The position numbers were made by a program, and so were the translations under genes. Source: Octopus vulgaris (Eukaryota). Taken from it: a stretch of DNA of 64,000 bases. The notes under the pieces are model-generated. The model did no database searches. It was not told where the DNA came from and saw nothing but the letters and a program-made list of their open reading frames with translations. Shown one piece after another: positions 28,498 to 41,219 of this stretch. The first letter of the stretch is position 1; every line of letters begins with the position of its first letter. The stretch covers positions 107,074,001 to 107,138,000 of the forward strand of contig OX597820.1 in assembly GCA_951406725.2 (NCBI GenBank), in the 5' to 3' direction.

Positions 28498-28881
28498 AGG
28501 CGTAGGAGTGGCTATGTGGTAAGTGGCTTGCTTACAAACCACATGGTTCCAGGTTCAGTCCCACTGCGTGGCACCTTGGGCAAGTGTCTTCTACTATAGC
28601 CTCGGGCTGACTAAAGCCTTGTGAGTGGATTTGCTAGATGGAAACTGAAAGAAGCCTGTCGTATATATGTATATATATATATGTATGTGCGTCTGTGTTT
28701 GTCGCTTGACAACCAATGCTGGTGTGTTTACATCCCTGTAACTTAGCAGCTCGGCAAAAGAGACCGATAGAATAAGTACTAGGCTTACAAAGAATAAGTC
28801 CTGGGGTTGATTTGCTCGACTAAAGGTGGTGCTCCAGCATGGCTATAGTCACATGACTGAAACAAGTAAAAGAGTAAAGAG
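28498..28881 (+). mobile_element. Full-length tRNA-derived SINE (family A) with CR1-type tail, nested in an older SINE head
   Basis: A box tggctatgtgg, B box ggttcagtccc; tail ggtggtgctccagcatgg..gactgaaacaagtaaaagagt; flanks 28467-28497 and 28882-28980 join into a decayed copy of the same head. Confidence 0.88.
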
Positions 28882-28992
28882 TTTGCAACCACGTGGGCAA
28901 GTATCTTCTATTAAAGATCTGGGTCAACCAATGCCTTGTGAAAGGAATTTAGTAGACAGAAACTGAATGAAGTCTGTGATATATATAAATAT

Positions 28993-29372
28993 CTTTTACT
29001 TGTTTCAGTCATTAGACTGTAGCCATGCTGGGGCACTGCCTTGAATAATTTTAGTCAAACAAATCAATCGAAGTACTTTTAGTTTTTTAAGCCTGACAAT
29101 TATTCTATCAATCACTCTTGCCAAACTCATAACACTAACAAATTACTAAGATGCAAACACACCAACACTGGTTGTCAAGAGATGGCAGGGGACCAACACA
29201 GACACACACACATATGACAAACTTCCACTTTCTGTCCACCAAATCTACTCACAAGGCTTTGATTGGCCTGAGGCTATAGAAAAAGACACTTGCCTAAGGT
29301 GCCACACAGTGGGACTGAACTCGGAACCATGTAGCTGGGAAGTAAACTTCTTGCCACACAGCCACGCCTGTG

Positions 29373-29377
<5 letters not shown>
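28993..29377 (-). mobile_element. SINE family A, inverted copy
   Basis: Reverse complement of the 28498-28881 element. Confidence 0.8.
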
Positions 29378-29416
<39 letters not shown>

Positions 29417-30532
29417 TCATCACCATCATTTAATGTCTGCCTCCCATGGCTTGATGTTAAGAAGAGCATCCAGTCATAGAAACCATGCCCATGCCAAAAT
29501 TAGATATTGATTTGATGGTTTGGCACTATTTAATGAGCAGGAGAACTGTGTCCAGCTCCAATGTCCATTTTAGCAGAGTTTCAATGGCTGAATGCTCTTA
29601 CTAACATCAGCTATTTTACAGAGTGCACTTGGAGCTTTTTTTTTTTTTTTGTGACACTGGCACTAGTGAGGTCACCCAATAACTTACAAGACAAAGAAAA
29701 AGGCTCCATGTGGCTTTATGCCAGCTGTTGAGGAGTTGAAGTATGATAAAGAGACAGCCACCAGTGTCTTGCTATAGACATGTGCATGCATGTCTTTGTC
29801 CCTCAAACTACTTGCCAACTATTGTTGGTTTGTTAACACACCCTGAAACTTAGTAGCTTGTCACAGGTAACAAACAGAATAAGTACCAGATAGATAAAAA
29901 AAAAGTAATGGGGGTCAAAGAAATGTCCCAGTATGACCACAATCCAATGACTGAAATAAATAAAAGAAAAGAAAAGTGAAAACAACAATGAGTGTAAGAC
30001 ATTCTTTGCTGTTGTGTCACTGTTACACTGTCATTGCAGCGTCTCTTGTTGTTAATTGAGAGATCCTGCAATAGTTATAGCAATGACGAAGGTCTTTAAC
30101 GTTGACATAAAGCCACAATATTTTAGGTGATGGTGTAGTAAAATGAATCAGGTCCCAGGACAGACACATTTATTTTATAAACAAGGCTGGCCCTAGTGAT
30201 TTACAGGACAACTCTCTTTTACTAGCTGAGTGGGCTGGAGGAGTACCCTATAACAATGTGCTGCTGGTTTTCAAATTCATGATGGTGAGCTGAATACTCT
30301 AACCTCTAAGCCACGTGCCAGCAGATATCAGCTGACAATTGCATAATCTCCTATTGTTACACAAACATACACAGATAACAACATACACACTCAAACGCAT
30401 ATTGTTATATACACATACACACAGTCTATTTATTTTATACATACACATATCAGCAGACATTCCACACACAGTCTGTATGTTAAACATACTGACACCAACA
30501 TACATATTCAGTTGTTTCACAAACACTCACAC

Positions 30533-30815
30533 ACACAGTCTCATACAGTTACGAGTACACACACACAAACACAATGAGTCTCATATAGATACACACACAC
30601 GCGCACACACACACACACACACACTGTCTCATACAGTTACGTGCATACACACAAACACACAGTCACATACAGTTACGCATGCACACATACACAGTCTCAC
30701 AGTTACGTGCACAAGTAAACAGTCTCATACAGTTACGCGCATACACATAAACACACAGTCTCATACAGTTACGTATACACATACAAGCACACAGTCTCAT
30801 ACAGTTACATGCATG
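30533..30815. repeat. Minisatellite cacagtctcatacagttacg embedded in (CA)n
   Basis: About seven imperfect copies visible. Confidence 0.85.
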
Positions 30816-31339
30816 CATGCACGCACACGAACAGATACCAGCAGACAATCAGCATCATATTTTTCATTTATTTATTATTTATTGGAACGCTAAAATTTTT
30901 GTAGGGTTAGTCGAAGGAGAAGGAGGGTATAGCAACTATATAGCAGACTTAGCAAACCAATTTTATTAATATAGATTGTACCTCCTATACAGGAAGAAAC
31001 CTGTTTTGTTCTGGTCCTTTCTTTCACACTTTAACCTCTCATAATCCAGCATAATGCCATCCCACTTCCTCCCAACTGTAGCCCCACTGAGTCAATGAAG
31101 ATTTTAGTCTTGTAAACTACACGGCAACTTCACTAGTGCTGGAGTCAAGGAAAAAAAGCACCCAGTACACATTGTAGAGGTGGCTGACATTAAGAAGTGC
31201 ATCCATCTTGTCAGAGTAGACACTAAAGCTCGAAACAGTCTTCTGGTTCATCATCGGTCTCGGCCAAACTGGCTGAGGAATACTAAAGTGGAAGATGAAT
31301 ATTAAATGATGATGATGATGATGATACACATACACGCAC

Positions 31340-31672
31340 AGGGTAAAGACCCCCTTTGGTCATGAATGACCATGGGATTGCACCTAGAAAGTACCCTGTG
31401 AGGCACAAGTCCAGGCAAGGTTGTTTGTGGAAGACCAGCAGTTGCCCAAGCATACCAGGCTCCCCCTCTCCATGCTACCAATGGCGTCCAAAGGAAAGGC
31501 AAAGGGGCCATACAGCTTGGCACCAGTAATATTGCAACTCATTTCTACAGCTGAGTGATCTGGAGCAACATGGAATAAAGTGTCTTGCTCAAGAACACAG
31601 CCCAGTCCAGAAATCAAACTCACTAATTCATGATTGAGCCCAATGCTCTAACCACTGAGCCATGCATCTTCA
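31340..31672 (-). mobile_element. tRNA-derived SINE, third family
   Basis: Minus strand tggctcagtggttagagc A box; tgtgttcttgagcaagacacttta..cactcagctgtagaaatgagt body. Confidence 0.7.
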
Positions 31673-32151
31673 CACACACACACACACACACATCTATATG
31701 AACAGATAAATACATAGATATGTATTCACACACCCTCCCATATAACACTCATATATGCACACATACATATATATTTGTGTATCTTGTCAAGCTTCCCTAT
31801 CTGTACCAGCATGGAAAGTGGATGTTAAAAGGTAATGATAATGATGATGACAGTGATTCTAGGGAGATGTAAGCAACTGTTGACTAGCAAAATTTGAATT
31901 CAACATAAGGGAGTAAAACTAAACACTGCAACTGTATGGTATCAACTTTCAGATTGGGAAGCAACCTTCAATTCATGAGGTATATCCTGAGGAAGTTGTC
32001 ACATTACAACTTTACTCTGATTTCTGTGATATTTTCTCCATTCATACCAATTATATATATTTGTTAGATATTGCTTAATTTATCTCTTATTCAAAATTCA
32101 CCATCACATAAGAACCAAGGTAGTATTGGTGAGACACTGATAAGGCAGTGT

Positions 32152-32665
32152 ATTAATCCTTTTGATATCTTTAGCTGAGAACCCTTAATTTTAGGATAAA
32201 GCCTTCCTGTTTTGAAGTTATCTAAATTAATATCTATCCGATTTATGTTTCAAACTTCAATTTAATAAGGACAAAATTATTTTACTAAATTCTCCATTAT
32301 TTTCAAAATTAATTTAAATAAACACATATTTGGCCAGAAATATACTAATGAAAGGGTTAAGTTATCTAAATTAAAATTTTCCAACAAAATTTCAAGTGAA
32401 TTTATGTTTCAAATCACTACCTCAATAATAGTAATTTTACTAAAGTTTTTCCTTATTTTCAAAATGAATTGAAACAGGCAGTGTATTTCAACAGAAATAT
32501 GGTAACAAAAGGGTTAAAGTGATCTAAATTAAAACTTCTAATCAAATTTCTAATGAATTTATGATCCAAACTTTAACTTAGTTATTTCACTAAACTCTTA
32601 TTATTTCTAAAAGAAATTGAAACAAAAGCAGCTTGTGTCAATGGAAATATGGTAATAAAAGGAAT
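32152..32665 (+). mobile_element. MITE family C: one left end followed by three right parts
   Basis: ttaatccttttgata start; three units ending aagggttaa (last decayed); units 2 and 3 restart at gt(t/g)atctaaattaaaa. Confidence 0.65.
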
Positions 32666-34076
32666 AAGGATGCTAAACTGATCAAGAATCAATTTTTCTA
32701 ATTCTGGTAACAAAATAAGAAAACTGATAAACTGAGTAAAAGTTCAGCAGCCAACTGAACCTTAAACTATTCCCTATCACCATTTCAAATTAGATGACCA
32801 ACCTACCAGGCTATGCTGACATTTTCTCAAACAGGAAATTTTATGCAAAACTCTAAGGGGAAGTGAACTATAGTGACTTTGAGCAGCTTAATGTTGGTAT
32901 TAAGTGTTACACCAATTGGTACAAAATAATGGAATCTAGAAAGGCTTCGGAGAAGCATCCAATGACTGTAGTAACTAAACAACACAGAAATAGTGAGTGG
33001 GAGGGAATTCTAAACAAGAGCCTTTCAGTTCAAAACAGTTACTATTCAAGCAAACATCAGGTATGGTATATATTACAATAGATGTCTGTTTCTCTAAAAG
33101 AATTCTTCATCTCAAGATGGAGAAATTGGAAGAGAATTTTGATGCTCAATTATAGAAAATTTATAATTTAACCCAAAGTCTATACTAGAATGGAATACCT
33201 TAGATGTTTAAAGCTGACAATATGAAGGACTTTACAAACATATGATAAAACATATAAAGACTTATAAAGAACTTACAAATCATTCCCATCATCGTCAGCA
33301 GCTTAACATTTACTTTCCCATGCTCACATGGATCAGATAGAATTTGTTGAAGCAGGTTTTCTATGTCTAGAGGCACTGCTTGTATGATAGTGATGGTCAT
33401 TTGCAATTATCACACAATGTCAAGAGAAGGAAATTGTAACACACACACATATATATACATGTGCGCATGTGCATACACACACACACACACAAAGGAAGGG
33501 GTTCTTTCAATTTTCATCTACCAAATCCACTCACATGGCTTTGGTCCACCTGGGACTATAATACAAAAAACACCTTCCCAAGATGCTGAGAAATGGGACT
33601 GAACTCAAGGCCATGTGGTAGGGAAGCAAACATCTTAGGCACACAACCATGCCCACACCTACATATAATAAAACACAGAAGAGGGGCTAAACAAAGACTT
33701 ATTGAGGAAGTATTTTATGGCAGTATGCTCTCCTTGTCAACCCTTCCTTGTTTTTCAAACATGGTGTTTTTTTTTATTCCACTGACATTGACAAGATGAA
33801 ACTGCAGAGCTACAAAACATTTATTACAGTAGATATGGGCAAGACATCACAGTTTTGCCCAAATTGTATCATGCAAAGACATGTAGAAAATAAACACTCA
33901 GACACACACACATACAGGGCTTCCATATAGCTTCCATAAAATAATTTCATTCATTCTCACTCATTTGTCAGCCTAAAGTTATAGCAGAAGACCAAGGCCT
34001 CCTGCAGAGGGATGGAATCTGAAACCACATGGCTTATCCACACAGCATAATATGCAGGTAAGATAGGAGAAAATTT

Positions 34077-34295
34077 TTATGTTTGAATGTATGGGTGTAT
34101 TATCAATCCCCATTCCTCTTGACAATTGTAGGTTGAACCTACAGCACAAGTTCTTATGGAAGTTGTAGAGTCAGTTGAAGTAGTGGCGCAGGTTGAAGTT
34201 GTGATGTATGTTAATGTTGTGGGGTTGGTTAAAGTTGTGTTGGGCGAGACCAATGGAGCCAGACCATCAAGCACAAGAAGAAAAAAATGAATCTT
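34077..34295 (-). CDS. Candidate terminal exon encoding a hydrophobic stretch then a Thr/Ser-rich peptide
   Basis: tttag acceptor at 34297-34296 in frame with KIHFFLLVLDGLAPLVSPNTTLTNPTTLTYITTSTCATTSTDSTTS...QT*; no homology recognised. Confidence 0.25.
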   Translation of the reverse strand, partial: KIHFFLLVLDGLAPLVSPNTTLTNPTTLTYITTSTCATTSTDSTTSIRTCAVGSTYNCQEEWGLIIHPYIQT

Positions 34296-36532
34296 CTAAA
34301 TCATTAAAGATTAAAGAGCTTGAATTAAATCATTAATTTTAGAATTATTTTAATATTTAGTGGTAGTTATTGCTTTCATAATGTCCTGAAAGGAATTACA
34401 AGACAATCATCATGCTCATCATTTTATATCCATGTTCCATGTTGGCAGGAATTGGATAGTTCAACAGGATCTAATGAGCTAGTGGACTGCAGTAAGCTCC
34501 AATGTCTAGCAAGGTTTCTATGGCTGGATGCCCTTCCTAACAGCAACTATTTTAGAGTGTATGGGATGCTTTTTTTCGAAGCACTGACTTGAGTGAAAGA
34601 TACCAAGTAACTAGCAAGACAAAATAAGCTGACCTCTCAATTGAGAAGCATGTAGTAGTGAGGGCAATGGCCTTTTCCATATGTTGGGAGACTGAAGTAT
34701 GATAGAGGAACAGGAACACGTATGTTACTCTAGAGGAAATACAGGGCTATCCTAGCTGGAAAGGGAGAAAGGATAGTGGAGATGAGGTGTCAGTGAGTAC
34801 TCTCAAGGTACAAGAAGGTGGATATAAGAAAGAGTAGAGGCAGAGGATTGATGATTGGTTGATCTGTAGGCTCAATATGAAAAGAGAGACAGATGATGGT
34901 TAGAGATGGAGGTAGAGGTAAATATAGTGAAAGGTAAACATGACTAGAGATGTAGTCAATGGTAAATCTGTTTGGGGGGGAGGAGGAGGTAAGGGAAAAT
35001 GAGAATTACAGAGGAGGAGGAGAAAAAGGTGATAAGTGAGAATACATAAAAAGGTGGAGTGGGGGTTGCTGGAGATCAACAATTAAATAAAGCCAAAGAT
35101 AGACGATAATTAATTTTGAAAACAGACTTCTAACAGCTCTTTCTGATTTACTAGATGCTCATCCATTGACCCCAATGGAAAGAAACACAAAGTCGAGGAA
35201 ACTAATGATGGTGTGCATCAGCAGAAATTCAATTTGATAAAGTTTATAAAAACACACAATTTTGAAAGGAAATAGAAAAATAAATGCAGATTAAAAAAGA
35301 CTCCCTAAAAAATCATATTTACTATCAACTATATCTTCACTCTTATTCACCACTCACTACATTCATTTCCACCTACCGCTCTAACTATTTGTTACTTTTT
35401 CTTACACACTTTTGAACTTCCCTACCCACTCTTATATAATGCAGGAGTAGCCATATATCTCCTTTTCAGCAAGACACCTGTTCCTGACCGTCTATCATAT
35501 TTTAACTTTTCAACACCTGACATAAAGCCACCTTCCTCTCTACTACATCCCCACTCAGTCATGGGGGACCTTTTATGTCTTGTAAGTTAACCTGGCAACC
35601 TCACTAGTACCAGTGCCATAAAAACAAGCAACCTGTACACTCTGTAAAATGGTTGGTATTAAGGACATCCAGCTGTAGAAACCATGCTAAAGCAGACACT
35701 GGAGCAAACTGTGGACTCACTGGGTTTAGGCAAGATGTCCTACACATGTAAGCATGGAATGCAGATGTTTAATGATGATAATGATTTAACAATAGCAAGA
35801 GAGAGTTATTACATGTTAGGATTCCTAATTATATTAAATAAGGTATTTTCACTTTCAAAAAAATGCAATTTTCTTTTATTAATTCATAAAATTTTATTAA
35901 TTAATTTAACTTTAAAGCAATGAACTATTAACAAAGATTTTAAGTTAAAACTGTACTACTGGTATTATTTTGTTCCCTTAGATAAGTAACATCAATCAAC
36001 CTAACTGTATTACATTAGATATGTTAAAGGTAAAAAAATTCAGGAGTGACTGCAGATCACTAGCAACACAAGCAGACAAGTAGAGACACACTGGTCATAT
36101 ACTATTGCTGAAGGTAATTAGTTCCAGGAACAGTACCAATAACAAAAAATAGGCTGGGTGTTGAAGGATTCCTCAAAAAAAAAATTTTCTAGACACTTTG
36201 GAATTTACAGGACAGATAAAATATTCCATAAACAAAATCACACAGATGAATGAATAAAATGTTTTTCTTTCATATATTTCAATCTCTAAAAATGATATAT
36301 TTCCCTCTCCTATCATCATTGTCATCATCATTTTAGTGTCCACTCTGCCATGCTTGCACGAGTCAGACAGAATTCATTGAGGTAAATTTTTTACCTCAAT
36401 GAACACCATGTTACCAACTCTCGTCTTTTTCCAAAGTTTGTGAGCCTTGTGAGTAGATTTTGTAAATGACACTATGCTAGCATGGAAAACGGACGCTAAA
36501 CGATGATGATGATGATGATGATACTTATTTTT

Positions 36533-37030
36533 TCTTTTTCTCTTTTACTTGTTTTAGTCATTTGACTGCGGCCATGCTGGAGCACCACCTTTAGTCGAGC
36601 AAATCGACCCCGAGACTTATTCTTTGTAAGCCCAGTACTTATTCTATCGGTCTCTTTTGCTGAACCGCTAAGTGACAGGGACGTAAACACACCAGCATCG
36701 GTTGTCGAGTAATGCTAGGGGGACAAACACACACATACATATACATATATATACATATATACGACAGGCTTCTTTCAGTTTCCGTCTACCAAATCCACTC
36801 ACAAGGCATTGGTCGGCCCGGGGCTATAGCAGAAGACACTTGCCCAAGATGCCACGCAGTAGGACTGAACCCGGAACCATGTGGTTGGTTAGCAAGCTAC
36901 TTTATTTTAATATTATTTTAATAATTTGCCACTAGGACAGCACACAGAGTAGCTACGGGCTGGACAAGGACATTAATGGATGATGGTGGTGGTTGATGGC
37001 AAGCTACTTACCACACAGCCACTCCTGCGC
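36533..37030 (-). mobile_element. SINE family A interrupted by a 96-bp insertion
   Basis: Reverse complement of the family A sequence; insert 36903-36998 flanked by the 11-bp direct repeat gcaagctactt. Confidence 0.85.
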
Positions 37031-37074
37031 CTATATATATGCTCATATATATATAAAATATACATTATAAAATA

Positions 37075-37230
37075 TTATTAGAGACAAAACCACTATTTTG
37101 CAAAACAAACAAGGAAAGACTTAATCAATACATAAAATTTTAATAAATAGTCAAAAAAACCGCCACTACAATTGTTTCTTGTCTTGATCGACAATCTTCA
37201 GGTGGACTTCCAATAAGTCAGTTTCAAATT
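37075..37230 (-). mobile_element. Penelope-like terminal-repeat remnant
   Basis: Homologous to 49962-50100 (attagagacaaaaccactattttgcaaaacaaacaagga); contains a minimal hammerhead. The Penelope assignment is inferred from the ribozyme type. Confidence 0.55.
37163..37205 (-). ncRNA. Minimal type I hammerhead ribozyme
   Basis: CCAC-CUGAAGA-UUGUC(GAUCAA)GACAA-GAAA-CAAUUG-UA/GUGG: intact core, stems I and II, palindromic stem III, GUA cleavage triplet. Confidence 0.8.
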
Positions 37231-37242
37231 ATATATGTATAT

Positions 37243-37446
37243 TACTCTTTTACTTGTTTGAGTCATTTGACTGTGGCCATGCTGGAGCACTGCCTTTAGT
37301 GGAGCAAATCGACCCCGGGACTTATTCTTTGTAAGCCTAGTACTTATTCTATCGGTCTTTATTGCTAAACCGCTAAGTTATGGGGACGTAAACATACCAG
37401 CATCGGTTGTCAAGCGATGTTGGGGGGGACAAACGCAGACACACAA

Positions 37447-37477
<31 letters not shown>

Positions 37478-37650
37478 CATATATACAACAGGCTTCTTCA
37501 GTTTCCGTCTACCAAATCCACTGAGAAGGCTTTGGTCGGCCCGGGGCTATAGCAGAAGACACTTGCCCAAGGTGCCACGCAGTGGAACTGAACCCGGAAC
37601 CATGTGGTTGGTTGGCAAGCTACTTACCACACAGCCACTCCTGCGCCTAT
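37243..37650 (-). mobile_element. SINE family A, young full-length copy
   Basis: Reverse complement of the family A sequence with many CpGs retained. Confidence 0.88.
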
Positions 37651-37815
37651 ATATATGCTCATATATATATAAAATATACGTTATATGTATATATATAAAA
37701 TATATATTATATATATTATATATATATATATATATAAAATATATATTATATATATAAAATATATATTATATATATATTATATATATTATATATATTATAT
37801 ATATATATATATATA

Positions 37816-38375
37816 TCATCATCGTTTAACGTCCGTTCTCCATGCTAGCATGGGTTGGACGGTTTCGACCGGGGATCTGGGAAGCCAGAAGGCTGCACCA
37901 GGCTCCAGTCTTATCTGGCAACGTTTCTACAGCTCGATGCCCTTCCTAATGCCAACCACTCCGTGAGTGTAGTGGGTGCTTTTTACGTGCCACCTGCACT
38001 GGTGCCAGGCGAGGCTGGCATCGGCCACGGTCGGATTGGTGCATTTTATGGAAGCCAGTCGAGGCGGCACTGGCTTCGGCTACGATTTGGATGGTGCTTT
38101 TTACGTGCCACCGACATGGAAGCCAGTCGAGGCGGCGCTGGCATCGGCCACAATTTGGATGGTGCATTTTATGGAAGCCAGTCGAGGCGGCACTGGCTTC
38201 GGATGGTGCTTTTTACGTGCCACCGACACGGAAGCCAGTCGAGGCGGCACTGGCATCGGCCACAATTCGGATAGTGCTTTTTACGTACCTCCAGTCCCAG
38301 GGCCCTGGCATCTGCCGGGTGCTAGTCATAGGATTGGTTCAATTTCGATTTCACTTGCCCCAACAGGTCTTCGCA
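37816..38375 (-). mobile_element. RTE 3' UTR-only copy
   Basis: (CAT)n end and repeat units near-identical to 42853-43230. Confidence 0.88.
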
Positions 38376-39238
38376 AATATAAGTATATACATAATAATAT
38401 ACATACGCATAAGGTTACAGTTAGTCAAATCAATATACTAGAATATACATACACATATCCACATGAAAGTGTACATATACAAAGTCCAGAGTTCATTGCA
38501 TTATATTATAAAAGGCTATTAATATTATTATTATTATTAATAATACCAGTAAAAGAATATGTGCATTCAGCTATTCACAATACATAGTAGATGGAAAATA
38601 CCACATAAAATACAGCATCAGCATAATATAATACAATGCAGTATAGCACGCCAGTAAATTACTTAATTCAATATGATATATTCAATAAAATAAAATAAAA
38701 TAAAATAATGCCAAAATAATGTGTAATGTCACAATATACCATACCATTATAAGTATACATTATACAGCTAAAAATGACAAATTAGTATAAATCTACATAC
38801 ATATATATACACACAAGTACCAACTAACATGTACTTGCATATACATACATGTGCAACAGCATCCATTAATACAAATACATATATGAAGAAAAATTATTCT
38901 TTTACATCATACAAAATAACCAAACTATGCATGTATATACATACAGATCGCAGTTCGAACGGTGATTGATAGTTCTTAGCAGGCTGGTAGATAATTTAAA
39001 ATTTAAAGCTCAATTCAATTGGTTGGCACATATGAATTTCGATTGTTTTAGTTACGGTTGGTTGGTTAAGATACATTTACATACATACACACATATATGC
39101 GCACATACACACACACACATAGATAAACATAAGCACGAAAATACAAACTTTCATACATACAAACATACATACATACATAACTACATACATATATATCAAT
39201 ATATAAATATATATACATAAATCCATAAACCACCACGT

Positions 39239-39287
<49 letters not shown>

Positions 39288-39704
39288 CATACTAATAACT
39301 AAAAAAATAGTATTATGAATCATTAAAATGAAGATATTACTAATTCTTAATACATCAAAAAAGGTTGAAAGGGTAATTTGTAAAGTATAAAAAAGGGGGG
39401 CCTAAAAGGGTAGAAAATGTTAGGATTTATATTAGGCAAAGGTTGGAAAATGTTCAGATAAAACTTACAAAAGAGATAGAAACTAAGCAAACACATTTGA
39501 CAACAACTAGGGTAAAGAAAAAGTAAGTTATTTACGGAAGATACATAAGTTAAAATTCACCGTGGTAAGTAGCTTGTTTACCAACCACATGGTTCCGGGT
39601 TCAGTCCCACTGTGTAGCACATATATCAAGTGTCTTCAAGTATAGCCTCGGGCCGACCAAAGCCCCGTGATACAAACTTTATCCAAGCAATTTATACATC
39701 CATA

Positions 39705-40606
39705 TCTATATATATAAAACTCTAGTTGTGTGAGTGTCTGTCCCCTTCGATTTAGATTCCTAACTCCTCCCACATTTTGCGGTGCAGTTTAACCAAAACC
39801 GGGTATCTTATAGTCGTGATTCATATCGAGCCCGTCTGACTATTAGCGCGCGTCAACGATGAGTCTACAATTTTAAAAATAATTTAACATCATTTTTTAT
39901 TCCATTTTAATGCATAAAATGCATCGTGTGTCGATGGCGGCGGAGTTGGCGTCCACGCTCACAGCTGCACCTGTTTGCTTCTCCCCCTTCCCTCCCTCGT
40001 GAAGCTGTGGGGAAGGGAGTGTAAAGAAATCAACGTCGTAATGCGTTGTGAAGGAAACCAGCGTTCTTTTAGAACAACGACTTCATGGCTTGAAGACACC
40101 AAAACAAAAATGGCTAAGAAAGCCCGAATTTATAAGGGAAGTAACTCTCTAAAAATGCTTATATAGTTATTTCCCTTACAAACCCGAGCAACGCCGGGCG
40201 ATACTGCTAGTCTTTATATATAAAAGTGAAGTTGTGTGTCTGTCTCCTACGATTTAGATTCCTAACTACTCCCACATTTTGCGGTGCAGTTTAACCAAAA
40301 CCGGGTATCTTATAGTCGTGATTCATATCGAGCCCTTCTGGGTATTAGCGCGCGTCTTTGATGAGTCTACGATTTAAAAAAAAATTTACCATCATTTTTT
40401 TCAATTTTAATGCATTTTTTCGCTATTATAATCGGGAAGTAACTCTAAAAATGTCTACGATGAGTCAACGATTTAAAAAAAAATTTACCATCATTTTTTT
40501 CCCATTTTTAGTGCATTTTTTTGCTATTTTTTGGCTATAACTCTCTAAAAATGCTTATATAGTTATTTCCCTTACAAACCCGAGCAACGCCGGGTGATAC
40601 TGCTAG
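39705..40606 (+). mobile_element. Two head-to-tail non-autonomous Helitrons (39705-40150 and 40151-40606)
   Basis: Each starts TC(T/A)..ATATAAAA and ends cccgagcaacgccggg hairpin + gatactgCTAG; inserted between A and T with no TSD. Confidence 0.92.
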
Positions 40607-41053
40607 TACTAAAACAAATATAAGGTGGTTATTTAATAACAAACCGGAGTTATTCATTATTACATCTATGTACCCCCAATCACGATATATAATTTATCAA
40701 AGGTTATGTAATTTATATCTTGTCGGTGTATACATGCTTGCTTTTAATATACACTGACAAGAACATTTATACATAGACTCATACATATGTACTTGTATAC
40801 CCAAATACCTACACAAATATACATATAAGTAACAGATATACACCTATAAACATAAATTTAATATATATATACAGGTATACATACACTCAAGTACCTATAT
40901 ATACCCTATTAGAATAGACATACTTATATATCCTCCTATATACAAATATACTCCATAAATAGATATGAATACACGTCCATATGTACATGCACAAACACAA
41001 CTTCAACAACACATACACTTAAAACATATATACAGGTATGGAAAACTACACCA

Positions 41054-41084
<31 letters not shown>

Positions 41085-41219
41085 CATACATATATACATA
41101 CATATACACACACATACGCATACCCACCCATAAACATATATAAATATACATATAAACGTACGCAGACATACATACGTATGTACAGGTATACATGCATGCC
41201 CACAGCTTTAATTCTGTAT

